NCBI RefSeq assembly: GCF_004010195.1
Contig: NW_025215381.1
Coordinates: 1,198,906-1,262,905, forward strand
Source: Chiloscyllium plagiosum
Taxonomy: Eukaryota
DNA length: 64,000 nucleotides
Direction of reading: 5' to 3'
Shown here: positions 44,058 to 57,162 of the stretch, piece by piece
Position numbering within the stretch: the first letter of the stretch is position 1
Layout of the letters: the number at the start of each line of letters is the position of its first letter
Notes under the pieces: model-generated
The model's input: only the letters and a program-made list of their open reading frames with translations
What the model was told of the DNA's origin: nothing
Database searches by the model: none
Made by a program: the position numbers and the translations under genes

Positions 44058-44958
44058 CCCTGCCCCATCTAGTTGATTGGTTGAGTTTTATAATGCAATG
44101 GGAGGAGCCTGTTGTAGACTGTTTTGAAAGAGATGTTTCCCTTACCCTTTCCGTTATACTTATTTAGGTTTCTTTTCTAGATTCTGTTTTCACCATGTGG
44201 AATTCCATGTCCTAACAACCTCTTGTATACTTTAAACACAATCTCCTTATCTCTTACTTTGTTTCTGTGCTGAATATCTTAAGTTCATGTCATTTGTTCT
44301 AGAATTGACGGCCACTAGAACCAGTTATTCCCCAGGTCACTCTTTTTGTCCGAAGTCTAAGTGTACCTTTGGATGTCTTTTTACTTCATTGGAACCAAGA
44401 AAGTTAACATGTTGGAAATTTGAAATAGAGAAAATGTTGGAGAAACTTGGCAAGTCTGGCAGCATCTGTGGAGGGAGGTGACTGACTGACTTGTTTTCCA
44501 CATTGCTTGAGCAGGCATCACAGGTTGCTCATTCCCTGGGCTGGACTGACAGCTGAGTACTCCCTCTGTTTGCTGTGTGACAAATCCCACAACGGCTTTG
44601 ACGCTGACAACTCACCCCTATGTTTTATAAGTTTAAATTGTACTTTTGCCTGTCCTCCGATTATAGAGTTATGGCATACCCTGAAGTATGGAAGGAGGCC
44701 ATTCACCCTGCTGGATTTATGCCAGTTACTTTTCCCACAGCACTACAAACTTATTTCATTTCAGATATTTGTATGGTTCTGTTTTCAAAGCAGTGATCAA
44801 ACCTGTCTTCAGCATTTCAGTCCCTATGCAGTTTTGCCAATTGTGCATAAATCTATGTCCTCTTGTTCTCTTTTCTTTCACCAGTTGGAGCAGTTTCTTT
44901 CCAATTCTCATGATTTTGAAAACTGGGTCTCAGCCTTCTCTGCCCTTTTGAGAACTTG

Positions 44959-45293
44959 GGATAGAGTCATAGAGTGGTTGAGATGTACAGCATGGGAACA
45001 GACCCTTCGGTCCAACCCGTCCATGCTGACCAGATATCCCAACCTAATCTAGTCCCCCCCCCCCCCCCCCCCATGCCAGCACCTGGCCCATATCCCTCCA
45101 AACCCTTCCTTTTCATATATCCATCCAAATGCCTTTTAAATGTTGCAGTTGTACCAGCCTCCACCACTTCCTCTGGCAGCTCATTCCATACACATACCAC
45201 ACTCTGCGAGAAAACATTGCCCCTGAGGTCTCTTTTATATCTTTCACCTCTCACCCTAAGCCTATACCCTCTAGTTCTGGACTCCCTGACCCC
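44959..45293 (-). mobile_element. CR1 LINE 3' tail
   Basis: Highly similar to 57163-57475. Confidence 0.9.
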
Positions 45294-45830
45294 ATCTGAA
45301 AGCACTTTGCAGATAATGAAGTGTAGTTCCTGTTGTAGAGAAATAATCAGTTCTGCACAGAAGATCACAGCTGCAGTGTTATGATAAATGGGTACTCCAA
45401 GTGCAATTGTGTTTTGCTTGGTTTGCGGATGGTCGAACTCCAGTAGTCCCTGCCTGCTGAGTGGAGAGCCAGTACAGCTTGCACAGGGTACAAGCTGAAC
45501 CTGAATCTTTCATGAGATAGGTGAAAAGTTCGTCATAATTTGATTTATTAAAACTTAAATTGGATGTGGCTAACTACCTGCAACTGTGTATGCATATTTA
45601 GTTACCGTCCTCATTTCTGTGTAGATGAAATACTTTACTGTGAGGTGATGCTTTTTGAATGAGCCAGTAAATGAAGACCTTGTTTGTGTTTGAGGTTAAA
45701 GGAAAAATAGCCATGGTAACTATCAGAAGAAGAGGTGGAGGAGTTTACCCTGATTTTTCCCTGGCTGATGTGCAATTCTTGACCAGTCTTATTTTTATAG
45801 TTTATATGTTATTGCATTGCTGTTTTTAAT

Positions 45831-46156
45831 CAGATTACTTACAGCGTGGAGACAGGCCCTTCGGCCCAACAAATCCACACCGAATCTCCGGCCCAACAAA
45901 TCTACACTGACCCTCCGAAGAGCAACTCACCCAGACCCATTCCCCTACATTTACCCCGTCACCTAACACCACGGGCAATTTAGCACGGCCAGTTCACCTA
46001 ACCTGCACATTTTTGGGCAGTGGGAGGAAACCGGAGCGCCCGGAGGAAACCCACGCAGACATGGAGAATGTGCAAACTCCACACACAGTTGCCTGAGGTG
46101 GGAATTGAACCCGGGTCTCTGACGCTGTGAGGCAGCAGTGCTAACCACTGTGCCAC
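45831..46156 (-). mobile_element. HE1-type SINE with small internal tandem duplication
   Basis: CGGCCCAACAAATC repeated in tail. Confidence 0.88.
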
Positions 46157-47152
46157 AATGTGGGAACTTGCTATATGTTAACTAACTCCTGCATTTCAAC
46201 TGTGACTGCATTTCAAAGCTAGTTTTCTGTAACTAGCTTTGTCACATCAGAGATGCCACATAAATGCAAGCTTTCTTCCATTTTGGTGTTCCAAGGACTA
46301 AGTTGGGAGACACAACAAAGTGGGTGAATTGTAACTCCCCTATAGGGTCCATCTCCAGTCAAATGTTCCCACACTGGATCATGATTTAAGCTGATCTTCC
46401 CACCTCTGGACCCAGTTCACAGCTGACCCTTTGCAGAATGAGATAAGAGACCCAATAGTGCTGATTGAAGAATTCACATTTGGTTGATCTGAGTGTGTCT
46501 CTTACCCTGTATCTCTGTCTGGTATGGCCTTGCTCCAACAAGCTAAGAGTAGGTTAGATAAGTAAAAGAGCTCGTGCAGGTGCAAGCATGAAGAGCTGAA
46601 TGACTAGCTTCTAATATGTAATGTTCTTAAGTTAGAAAGGGAGTTGAAGGCTTGCACATTAATCTCAGTTAAGTTTCTTTTCCTGTAAGGTTGGGCTGGT
46701 GCCAGTGGAGCAGGATGTGAAGTAATGTGTAAGTGACATTTGTTGTAAAGTTCAGTTGTCTACAGGAAAGACTGGGCCTTTATGTTCAATTCGCTTTGCT
46801 CCCTTGAATGTTGGTGAGCGCCTCATCAGGGCAGCTGTGCATGGCAGGCACGAGATGTTGAAATACCTGTGCTGCTTTTGTCAGATCCTGGTCAGTGTTA
46901 GCTCCCAGGTGCCTCCATCAATTGTACGTGTTAAAAAGGAAACATTTGGCAATGTACTGTTTCCAGCAGTCTCCTTAATTGACCAGTTTAGAAGCTTAAG
47001 GTTCAGCTTGAAGGAGAGTTCATTGGCAAGGGAACCCTAATGTGAAAGAGCCTTACAAAATCTATGATTACCACAAGGAATCTGATGTATTTATTATTTT
47101 TCAAAGTTGCATGATAGAAAGATAAATAATGGTCATCTTTTCTTCCTTATGA

Positions 47153-47284
<132 letters not shown>

Positions 47285-47434
47285 TAGCATTTGAATAGTT
47301 TCTTCGAGCTTAACTTCTGCCTGTGGAAATGATGTGACACATGGGACTGTTGGGAGAGTATGTAGACTCTCCATACAGAGCTTCTGTTCGGAGAGAATGA
47401 ACCTAACAATCTTCATAGAGCCTATGTGTAAAGA

Positions 47435-47636
47435 TTCGGAGATGCCGGTGTTGGACTGGGGTATACAAAGTTAAAAATCACACAACACCAGGTTATAGTC
47501 CAACAGGTTTAATTGGAAGCACACTAGCTTTCGGAGCGACGCTCCTTCATCAGGTGATAAAGGAGCGTTGCTCCGAAAGCTAGTGTGCTCCCAATTAAAT
47601 CTGTTGGACTATAACCTGGTGTTGTGTGATTTTTAA
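47435..47636. mobile_element. Penelope-derived fold-back element, family 2, intact antisense hammerhead motif
   Basis: Arms 47469-547/47560-638; perfect 13-bp TSD CTATGTGTAAAGA at 47422-34 and 47637-49. Confidence 0.88.
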
Positions 47637-47765
47637 CTATGTGTAAAGAGTGAGAGGATCTGACACCTTAGTGTGTAGAGTGTGGAATTTGACACCCTGC
47701 AATGGGACTGTCCGTTGGTAGAGTGTCAGTGTGTGGATGTGATACACTGCAGCAAAAATGTGTAG

Positions 47766-48038
<273 letters not shown>

Positions 48039-49830
48039 TGATATTTATAGGCTGAATGTCCAGCTTGGTGTGCTGTAAATTCCAATGTTTAGAATCGTAG
48101 TGATGCGATCATGTGTGTTGGCTTGTGAAGAGAATCCCATTCGCTCTCCGGGGAATGGGTTACAAGTACTGACCAAATCGTCACTTCATCCATTCCTGCT
48201 GCTGACCTTTGTTTTTCTCTCTATCTGCATTCTGTGTAACTCAGTTTGGTCGTGGAGCAATTTTGCTAACCCTGTCAGAAAAGCTGCCCCACCATTCTTT
48301 GTGTCGCAATTTAGTTGCCAGTGTTTATGCTTTCCTTCACAGTGGCACTTTGTCTTGCTGAGTACGTTTGAACCTATGTTTGCAGGAGTAGGCCCCTTGA
48401 GCCTACTCTGTCAATCAACTAAGATTATGGCTGACCTGATCACACCATACTCCTGTCTACTCTCAACCTTTCACCTCTGGCTTGTCAAGAATCTGTTCAG
48501 AAATTCTGCTTTTCCCTGCTTGAGGGAAGAGAATTCCAAAGACTCATCTCATCTCTTCTCCTGCTTCCCCCCCCCCCCCCCCAAAAAAAAATTGCTCCTC
48601 ATTTCTTTCTTAATTTTAAATAGTGACACCTGGTTCTGGATCCTCCCTCCAGAAGAGTTTTCCTTCCAACATCTGCCACTCAAGACCTGTATGTTTCAAT
48701 CAAGCCACCTCTTACTGTTCTTCAAAACTCACACTGTGTGCACACTTAGCCCAGCCAACCTTTCCTCATAGATGACAACATAACACTTTTTTTTTAAAGC
48801 CCTAAATATTCTAGTATTAATTTCTGGGATGGCAGGGCTGATGTAAGAAGTGACTGGATCAGTCAGGAGTATATTCACTCGAGTCGAGAAGAATTGGTGG
48901 GGAGGAGGGGTAGCATTTCAGAATAAGCTTTCAAACCGGGCATGACAGGGAATATACAATGGATGTTCCTGATGACTGGCAAGTCCAGAACTGGGAGTCA
49001 CAATTTAAGCATAAGAGAGTAGACTATTTAGAACTCTGAGAAATTATCTGGAGAGCGATGAACTTGTGGAACTCTCTGCTAAGGTAGCAGTTGTAGCCAA
49101 AGTTTTGAAAATTTTCAAGGCGGTGCGTGTAGTTTCTGGGGCTAACAGGATGAAGGGTAATGAGGAAGCAGAGACAGGGTACTGAGTTAACATAGCATAT
49201 CATATGATAAGCTATAATCATATGGAATGATGAAGCAGGTTTGATGGGCTGGAAGCCTACTTTTGCTCCTATTTTGTGTTTTTTATTCATTTCTCTCTGC
49301 AATGAAGTAATTAATATTTTATTTTCTTTGTAACTTGCAAAGATTTTAGAATGCTGGTTCAGCAATTCCTGGGTTGAGGCACTCAGATCCTTCTGTATCC
49401 TGGAGCTATACTCCATTTTACTCAAGGTTTCTAATCTAAATCCTGAAGGGCAGTTCAGCCCTGACTTACCTCACTTATTTCACTTATTTATCAACTGACA
49501 AGCATTGTCAAAATTTACGTCCCTATTTTGAAACAGTGAGAGATTAATTAGGAGCAATGTCGCACACAATACATCACATTCCCAAGGCCCCTTTTTATCA
49601 ATGGATTCCAACCATTATGAAAAGAACATGTGCTTTTTCAGGAACATGGCTGCCTCCTCCTCTTCTTCTCCCCTACCCCCCCCCCCCCCCCGAAACCACC
49701 ACCTGCAGATCTAAGATAAGAATGTTTGTCTGTCTGACAGAATAATTAGTGAGACGAGTACTCGGCTGAGGCAAATTTGGACAGTTAGGATGGTGTGGGG
49801 AAATGCAGGAGACAGAGTCCCTGATTTTGG

Positions 49831-50107
49831 TTGCCAAGTGATGATAGCCTTACTCATATGAAATGTCACTGACTAATGTTGACTGTCTTGATTTCCTAGA
49901 GGGGGTCTTGAGACATGGCCCCTTCTCTCATGCAGGACAGACATTCAAACTGTGTAATGGGCTTCCGCAGGCAGACTAAAGAGAGCCTGCCCTGCAAACC
50001 AATACAATACAGTCACTGCAACCTCTGGTGCAGTGGTAGGGGAGGGGAGAAATTGGACTGAAGTCAGTGATTGCATAATGAACACCTTTTGGCTTTACTG
50101 ATGGCAA
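49831..50107 (+). ncRNA. SCARNA21: Hybrid box C/D-H/ACA scaRNA, SCARNA21-like, predicted guide for U12 snRNA Gm18 and Psi19
   Basis: Terminal stem TTGCCA(49831-36)/TGGCAA(50102-07); C box GTGATGA 49838-44; guide CCTTACTCAT 49848-57 + D' ATGA 49858-61; hairpin with pocket TTTCCT(49892-97)/CTCAT(49927-31) and CAB-like UGAG loop 49909-12; second hairpin and ACA; C'-like ATAATGA 50075-81; D box CTGA 50098-101. Human CHD3 is recalled as the SCARNA21 host. Confidence 0.88.
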
Positions 50108-50164
50108 AAATCCTATTTTCAGTGGAATAAAGGTAATACAGGAGGTGTGGAAGGTAAAATGTGA

Positions 50165-50518
<354 letters not shown>

Positions 50519-50595
50519 TAAGTTTGCCCTCCTGTTTCTTGTTGGAAACGTTACCACCGACATGGAAACGTACTGTTTTGTTTTTTTTCTTTTGA

Positions 50596-50820
<225 letters not shown>

Positions 50821-51608
50821 TGATGGGTACAGTTGAATGATTTGCATCATGTTGGTCTAGATGCAGTCAGTGATGGGAGAATCCTTTTACCTTGGATGGT
50901 GATATTAGTGAATATTCTTCAGCTCTGAATGTATTTCAACTGCGTTTTGCTTTGCACAAGCATGTTATGCTGATAATGCTCAGCAGCCTCCAAAATGGCG
51001 AAGTGAATTCATATTGAAGAGAAGCCTGTTGGCAATACTGCTAACTGTCTTGTTTTATTGCCTGGACCAATGGAGGTAGTTAACCCTGTGGTTACAGTAG
51101 TGGCTCAGAGGACCTGACATGTTTGAATTTCACTATTTGGGGGTACGTTGTAAAAGTGATTGCAATACATCTCATTAGCTGTGTGCTGACACAAGGACAA
51201 AACTGATGGTGGATAATTTTTAAACTAACCTCAGAGGGAAAAGAAGCTGCCATCAGGCTGTATTACTGGGTGTTTCTGGTTTCTTAAGCAGTGGCTCACA
51301 TTTATTACGCTGGTGGCGTGTAAAGCTGGGCAGTAAGTGCTTTCTTGTCAGATGGATTCTCAAAAGCACCTCTTTTGCATCTAAGTATGTTCACAACCCC
51401 ATCTTCAAGTCTGTTTAGTTATTCTGGAGACTGGTGAATTCACCATCCTTTTTGTCCTTGTTGCTACCACTATTGCTGCTTTGCAGACCTGGCCATATTC
51501 TGGCTGTTTGTTTGTGTTGACTCTTACTCTGCTGTATAATAACTGTTGCCAGTAATGCGAGTCAGTGGATTGATCACTAACTTCCTGACTGTCCTCTCTT
51601 GGTATCAG

Positions 51609-51774
51609 GTGCAGGAATTTGAACACATCAATGGGAAGTGGAGCATGCCAGAGCTTATCCCAGAGGTCACTGCCGATTCGAAGAAATCATCCAGAGCCTC
51701 CTCTCCCGTAGTGAAGACAGCAACAACAACACCAGAGCCCAGTTGTAGCAACACACCCTGCACTTCAAAACCAG
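51609..51774 (+). CDS. CHD3: CHD3 exon: DUF1086 end + S/T/P-rich region
   Basis: atcag|GTG...G|gtacag; [16 protein letters not shown]...[10 protein letters not shown]...PCTSKP. Confidence 0.95.
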
Positions 51775-52431
51775 GTACAGGGAGGAACTGAGAAACAAAC
51801 TCTGCATTGACCTTGTCCTCTGCACCAAAAAGGTACGCAGGGAAACAAGCCATGCATATAGCAGTACAGTACTGTACCTCGAGGATCAGAAGTCACAGTC
51901 TAAGGATACTGAGTAGACGATTTGGGATTGACATGCAGAGAAATATCTTCATCCAAACAGTGTTGAGCCTATGAGATACTCTGCCACAGAAAGCAGTGAG
52001 GCTAAAATATTGAATAACTCATTTGAAGAAGGAGTTAGATGTGGTGGGGCTGAAGGGATTCAAGAAGTGCGGGGAGAAAGCGGGAGCAGAGGACTGAGCT
52101 GGATGTTCGGTCATGGTCATGTTTAATGGTGGAGCAGGATTGTGTACTCCTATTTACAGTTTCTGTGTAGACAGAAATCTCCCTACCTAAAACCAGTCCA
52201 TCGAGTAATCTCTCATCTGACCCCCACCCCAACCGTGTCTGTATCTTGCACTCCTCCCCATCTGTCTGTGTCTTGTGTGACCCCACTCTCCTCAAGGTAC
52301 ACAGGAGCAAATATTTCCTATTGCATCTGCTCTATATTAGCAAACTACTGGCACTAAAGTGCCATCTTCTATTGTACGAGCAGACGCCGGTACATGTCTG
52401 ATTGATATTTTCTTGAATTTTGAATATCTAG

Positions 52432-52541
52432 CAACTCCTGCCCCAAGTGATAAATTGGAAGGAATTGGAAATCCTCCTGAAAAGGAGGTGACAGATTCCA
52501 AGGAGGAAGAGGCAAATGGTGGCGAGAAAATGGAACTGGAG
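52432..52541 (+). CDS. CHD3: CHD3 exon: disordered region
   Basis: tctag|CA...GAG|gtagta; TPAPSDKLEGIG...GEKMELE; phases fit. Confidence 0.88.
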
Positions 52542-52949
52542 GTAGTATATGTTCTACATAAACCGTGTGTAAACTGGGGAGGATTGTATTGTTTTGCATA
52601 GGAGGGGAAATGTTATTGGAGACGGTGTTCTTATGTGCAATCTATTGCACAAAATAGTAGGGTTTCCGGCCTGAAATGTCACAGACCTATTAAAAATTCA
52701 CTTTAATAATAACACATAACCGTTTTGCAAGCTTTAGCTGGTGAATCCAATTGTGTTATGCTGTGACCATATTACAGACTAATTAAGCAGATCAGAATCT
52801 TTTCCAACCTTTTTATGTGTCTTCGATTTGCACAGTTCATAAGATTACATCCGTGTCGAATCATATCCTGATCTCGCAGCCATAGATTTAGAACTTTAAC
52901 TTGACTGCTTTCACAAATCCATATCAACAGGAGTTTCTCCATGTGTTGT

Positions 52950-53630
52950 TATAATCATAGATCTCCAGTGCAAATAAAGCCCTTTGACCCGTCACATCCA
53001 TGCTGGTCAAAACCAACCACCTAACTATTTTAACCCCATTTTCCAGCCCATTACCACATATGTGTTGGCATTGCAAGTGCACAGCTAAATGTTATGAAGG
53101 TTTCTGCCTCTACCATCCTTACAGGAGGTGAGTTCCAGATTCCCATCGTCCTCTGGTTGAAAATTCTTTTCCTCACATCTCCTTCTGCCCCTTGGCTTAA
53201 ATCTATGACTCTAGTAATTGATTCCTCCAGTAAAGGAACGTGTCTTTTTTTTCCGTCTCCCCATCTATGATGCTCATAATTTTATGCATATGAATCATGT
53301 TCCCTCTCAATCCCTTCTGCTTGAAAGAAAACAACCTCACTCTATCCATTCTCTTTTCATTACTGAAGCTCTCCAGCCTAGGCAACATTTTTTATAAATC
53401 TTCACCTGGGGAGGGTGCAGTGCTGTCACATCTCTCCTATAATGTGGATTCCAGAACTGCACACACTACTCTAGCTGTCGCCTAACCAACATTTTGTGCA
53501 GTTCCAGCAATAGTTTCATCTGTCTTTGTACCTTACGGAACCAGTATACATGCACAACAAGGCCCCGTGGATCTTTAGTGCTTCCCAGAAACCTACCATT
53601 CATCATGTAGTGCATTGCCTCAACTGTTAG
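52950..53630 (-). mobile_element. Degraded CR1 LINE 3' part
   Basis: MLPRLESFSNEKRMDRVRLFS. Confidence 0.7.
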
Positions 53631-54302
53631 TGAATTCTGCAGAAGTGACACCAGCTAATGAAAACTGAGATATGCATAAAGGAATGTTATCTAATTGGGC
53701 TTCTTGCTTAAGCTGACCATTTGCTTTTGATTTTTGATTTCTTTCAGTAATCATTGCATCTAAACTGACTTGTTAGCAGGCAAAAAGTAGAAGTTGTTCC
53801 ATAATAGCATACAATCTGACAGCATTGGAGAGGGGTCATTCAAACCATTATACTAGTTTTCTGATTCTCTGAAAGAGCAATCCAGTTGAGTTCCTGCTCT
53901 CTCCATAGCCTTGCAAATTTTTGCTTTTCCAGTAGTCCTCCAGTCCTATCTTGGAAATTCCCATTGAATCTGCTGCCACTGTCCTTTAGGCATTCCACAT
54001 CACAACTGTGTAAGATAATGTTTTTAATATCTCCCATCTCCCTCTGATTCCTTTGCTCGTTATTTTAAGTCTGGATCCTCTGGTTCCAAACCAACCTGCT
54101 TACATTCATATGGAGGTATTATTTAGTAAAAATGGTGATAGGAAAGTCAGTAGTGAGATCATGGCAAATTTAGGTATCTGACTGACGTGTTTGAGCCTCT
54201 TGCTGTTCAGTGCTGTATTTTTAGGGTTTTATTTTTTAAACCCTTTTTGCGTTTCTTCCTTATTCTGCATGGCAGTTGCGTATGTTGATGTTTCTGTTTT
54301 AG

Positions 54303-54456
54303 ACTCCCAGTACAGAGGAAGATCCTGTGACTATTGAAAAGGCTGAGACCCAGCACCAGCCACCGGTTAGTGAAGATGTTAAAGAAGTGCCAGAAGAGGA
54401 AAGGCAGAGTGGTGGAGTAGAAGGACAGGATGCAGTGACCAAAGATGAGAAACAAG
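54303..54456 (+). CDS. CHD3: CHD3 exon: disordered acidic region
   Basis: tttag|ACT...G|gtatca; TPSTEEDPVTIEKAE...TKDEKQ; phase 0 to 1 fits; poorly conserved. Confidence 0.75.
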
Positions 54457-54807
54457 GTATCAGATTAGATCAAAAATCAAAGGGTGAGGGATTCTGCACG
54501 GGAAACAGCATTGGTAACATTGACTGAAGGAAGAGGGCGATTTGTTGATACTGAGGGTGTACAGTGGATGATTGAAGCATAACAGTCGCTAAATGTCTTC
54601 AAGGCAGAAATTGATAAATTCTTGATGTCACAAGGAATTATGGGCTACGGGGAGAATGCGGGCAAGTGGAGTTGAAATGCCCATCAGCCATGATTGAATG
54701 GCGGAGTGGACTCGATGGGCCGAATGGCCTTGCTTCCGCTCCTATGTCTTATGGTCTAACAGTCATGGTTCCTGTTTCTGATTGCTGTAGAGAGTTTCTT
54801 GCTAATA

Positions 54808-55084
54808 GGGGAGACGGTGGCACAGTGGTTAGCACTGCTGCCTCACAGCGCTAGAGACCCAGGTTCATTTCCCTCCTCAGGCGACTGACTGTGTGGAGTT
54901 TGCACGTTCTCCCAGTGTCTGTGTGGGTTTCCTCCCACAGTCCAAAGATGTGCAAGTCAGGTGAATTGGCCATGCTAAATTGCCTGTACTGTTAGGTATG
55001 GGGTACATGTAGGGGTATGGGTGGGTTGCATTCGGTGGGGCGGTGTGGACCGAAGGGCCTGTTTCCACACTGTAAGTAATCTAA
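54808..55084 (+). mobile_element. HE1-type SINE
   Basis: GGTGGCACAGTGGTTAGCACTGCTGCCTCACAGCG head to GTAATCTAA tail. Confidence 0.9.
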
Positions 55085-55390
55085 GGTGTCCAGGTAAATG
55101 GACCAAAGATAGTTAACTGGAGTTTAAATTACACAGTCATGCTTGAATGGCATAATTGGGTCAAGACAATGGATAGCATACCCCTCTCCCTGTGTACTAA
55201 TGGAAGTATTTACAGTTACATAGGGTTGAACCCTGGGACAGACTGTTCTCTCTACTCTGGCTCCAGGTGGGGATGGGTCATACTGCAGGACAATCCATTC
55301 ATGTTAAATAGAGGTGTAACTGTAAGAGTTCTCCACAAGCTTTGCATTTCAGTGCAGCTATAACTGAACTGTTGTCTCTTTTAACTGCAG

Positions 55391-55486
55391 AGACTGAAAG
55401 GAGTGGCAGGGAACCGACAGTCGAAAAAACCGATGTGACCTCGGAAGTGAAAGAAAAGGTTGAGCCAGAGACTGCTGTTATTAAAG
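55391..55486 (+). CDS. CHD3: CHD3 exon: disordered region, symmetric 96-nt exon
   Basis: tgcag|AG...G|gtaatg; TERSGREPTVEKTDVTSEVKEKVEPETAVIK; purine-rich, phase 1-1. Confidence 0.7.
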
Positions 55487-56631
55487 GTAATGATGGCACT
55501 GAGTGACCCAATTGTCAGGGATTCCCTAAGAAGCACAGTGTGAAAAGTAACTGAGGTACTGTCTGACACAATCTCCATCAGCCTGGCTTCACCAAGCATA
55601 CAGAGAGGAGCCTCTGATAACAACAGCCCTCTAGCAAACAGAGTTTGTGTGTTTGTTATTCACTAAACCTTCAGTGCCTGAGGTTTACTTGTGTCCAGTA
55701 TTTTTTTAAAGGTGTTGATGACCTTATTTCAAGGAGGAGATTTCTAACTGTTCTGTCTGTTGATCTTTAATCTTGACCTCCAGATCTGTCAAGATCTCTT
55801 TCCCCATACGCATGCACCTGATTTGTCTTGAACTGCTGCTGCATTTCAATTATGGTGAAAATATGCCCACAATGCTGTTAGGGATAGAATTTTGAGCCAG
55901 AAACAGTGAAAGAATGGTCTATGTTTCCAAATCATGATAGTATATGGCTTGGAGAGGAATTTGCAGATGTTGACATTCCCGCGTTCAATGCCTTTGTGCT
56001 TCTAGATGGTTTTGGTCACAGGTTTGGCAGGTGCTGTCAGAGAAGCCTCAGTCACTTGTTACAGTCCATGTAGTAAGTGGTGCTGTGATGTTGGTGAAGT
56101 GAGTGAATGTCAATAAGGTTCCAATCAAGCAGGCTGCTGTGTCCTGGATGGTGAGGAGCTGCACTCACCCAGGAGAGTGGGGAGTATTCCATCGCACTCC
56201 GACTTGCCCCTTGTAGACAGTGGGCAGCTTTGGGGAATCAGCAGATGGGTTCCCCTGTCAAATTATGCTAACACCAAGGGCACAAGGAAGATCATAACTT
56301 GGTTGCCATGGCCAAGTTGGACCGAAGGATCTGTTTCCATGCTATACACCTCTCTTACTGTAATCAGGACTGAGATGAGAGATGTTTTCCCTCAGTGGTG
56401 AGCCTGTAGAATTTACTACACGACGAAAACACTGTAGGATTTTCAAGGAGTTGGATATAGCACATATGGTAAAGAGCCAAAGGATATGGGGGAGGTAAAG
56501 CAGGAGCAGGCTATTGATTTTGGTCAGCCTTCATACAGGTGAATGGCTGAGCAGGTTCAAAGGGGCTGAACTGCCTCCAACTGTTCCTATTTTCTATGTT
56601 TACTATTTATATATTTTCTACTTTTGTACAG

Positions 56632-56763
56632 AGGAGACTAAGACAGAGAAGGATTTACGATCTATTAATGTTAAAGATGAAAGCAAGAACAATGGGAAGA
56701 GGGAGGAGGACAGGACGGAGAAGTGCAAGTTCATGTTTAATATCGCCGATGGAGGCTTCACAG
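56632..56763 (+). CDS. CHD3: CHD3 exon: entry to CHDCT2
   Basis: tacag|AG...G|gtgact; ...EKCKFMFNIADGGFT. Confidence 0.92.
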
Positions 56764-57162
56764 GTGACTTGTTTTTGAGTACATATATGTCACTAACCAT
56801 TGTTTAATGCATTTTCATTGGTGAGAGATTCAATAACTTGGAGGGATGCCGATTTGAACATAATCAGCAAAAGAAGCACCTTCAATTGCAACTTTCAAAA
56901 CGCAGTTTAAAGAACAAAAGAAATGCAGGATTCTGGGGAAAGGACTTGGGACTAATGAATCACACAGGTTGTTATCCAATCTGTCTCAGTGACAGCATGG
57001 AAGGACATTTTTTTGGGCCCATTGTTTCTATTGACTGTGTAGGAGCAGTTACCTACCACTATCTCACTGTCTCCCTGTACTTTCTGTTGAACCTTGCCTT
57101 GTCACTTGGTAGTCACATGAGTATGAGGAACTCTTAAAAATAAAAGTAAATGTTAGGCTTTA

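Noticed and set aside
48090..48360. Possible extra sno/scaRNA (GTGATGC, CCCATTC/GAATGGG hairpin, GAATCGT matching U12)
   Set aside because: No consistent box set, terminal stem or bipartite pocket; 7-nt match expected by chance
48085..48771. 228-aa intronic ORF
   Set aside because: No recognisable domain; runs through repeat-derived and poly-C sequence
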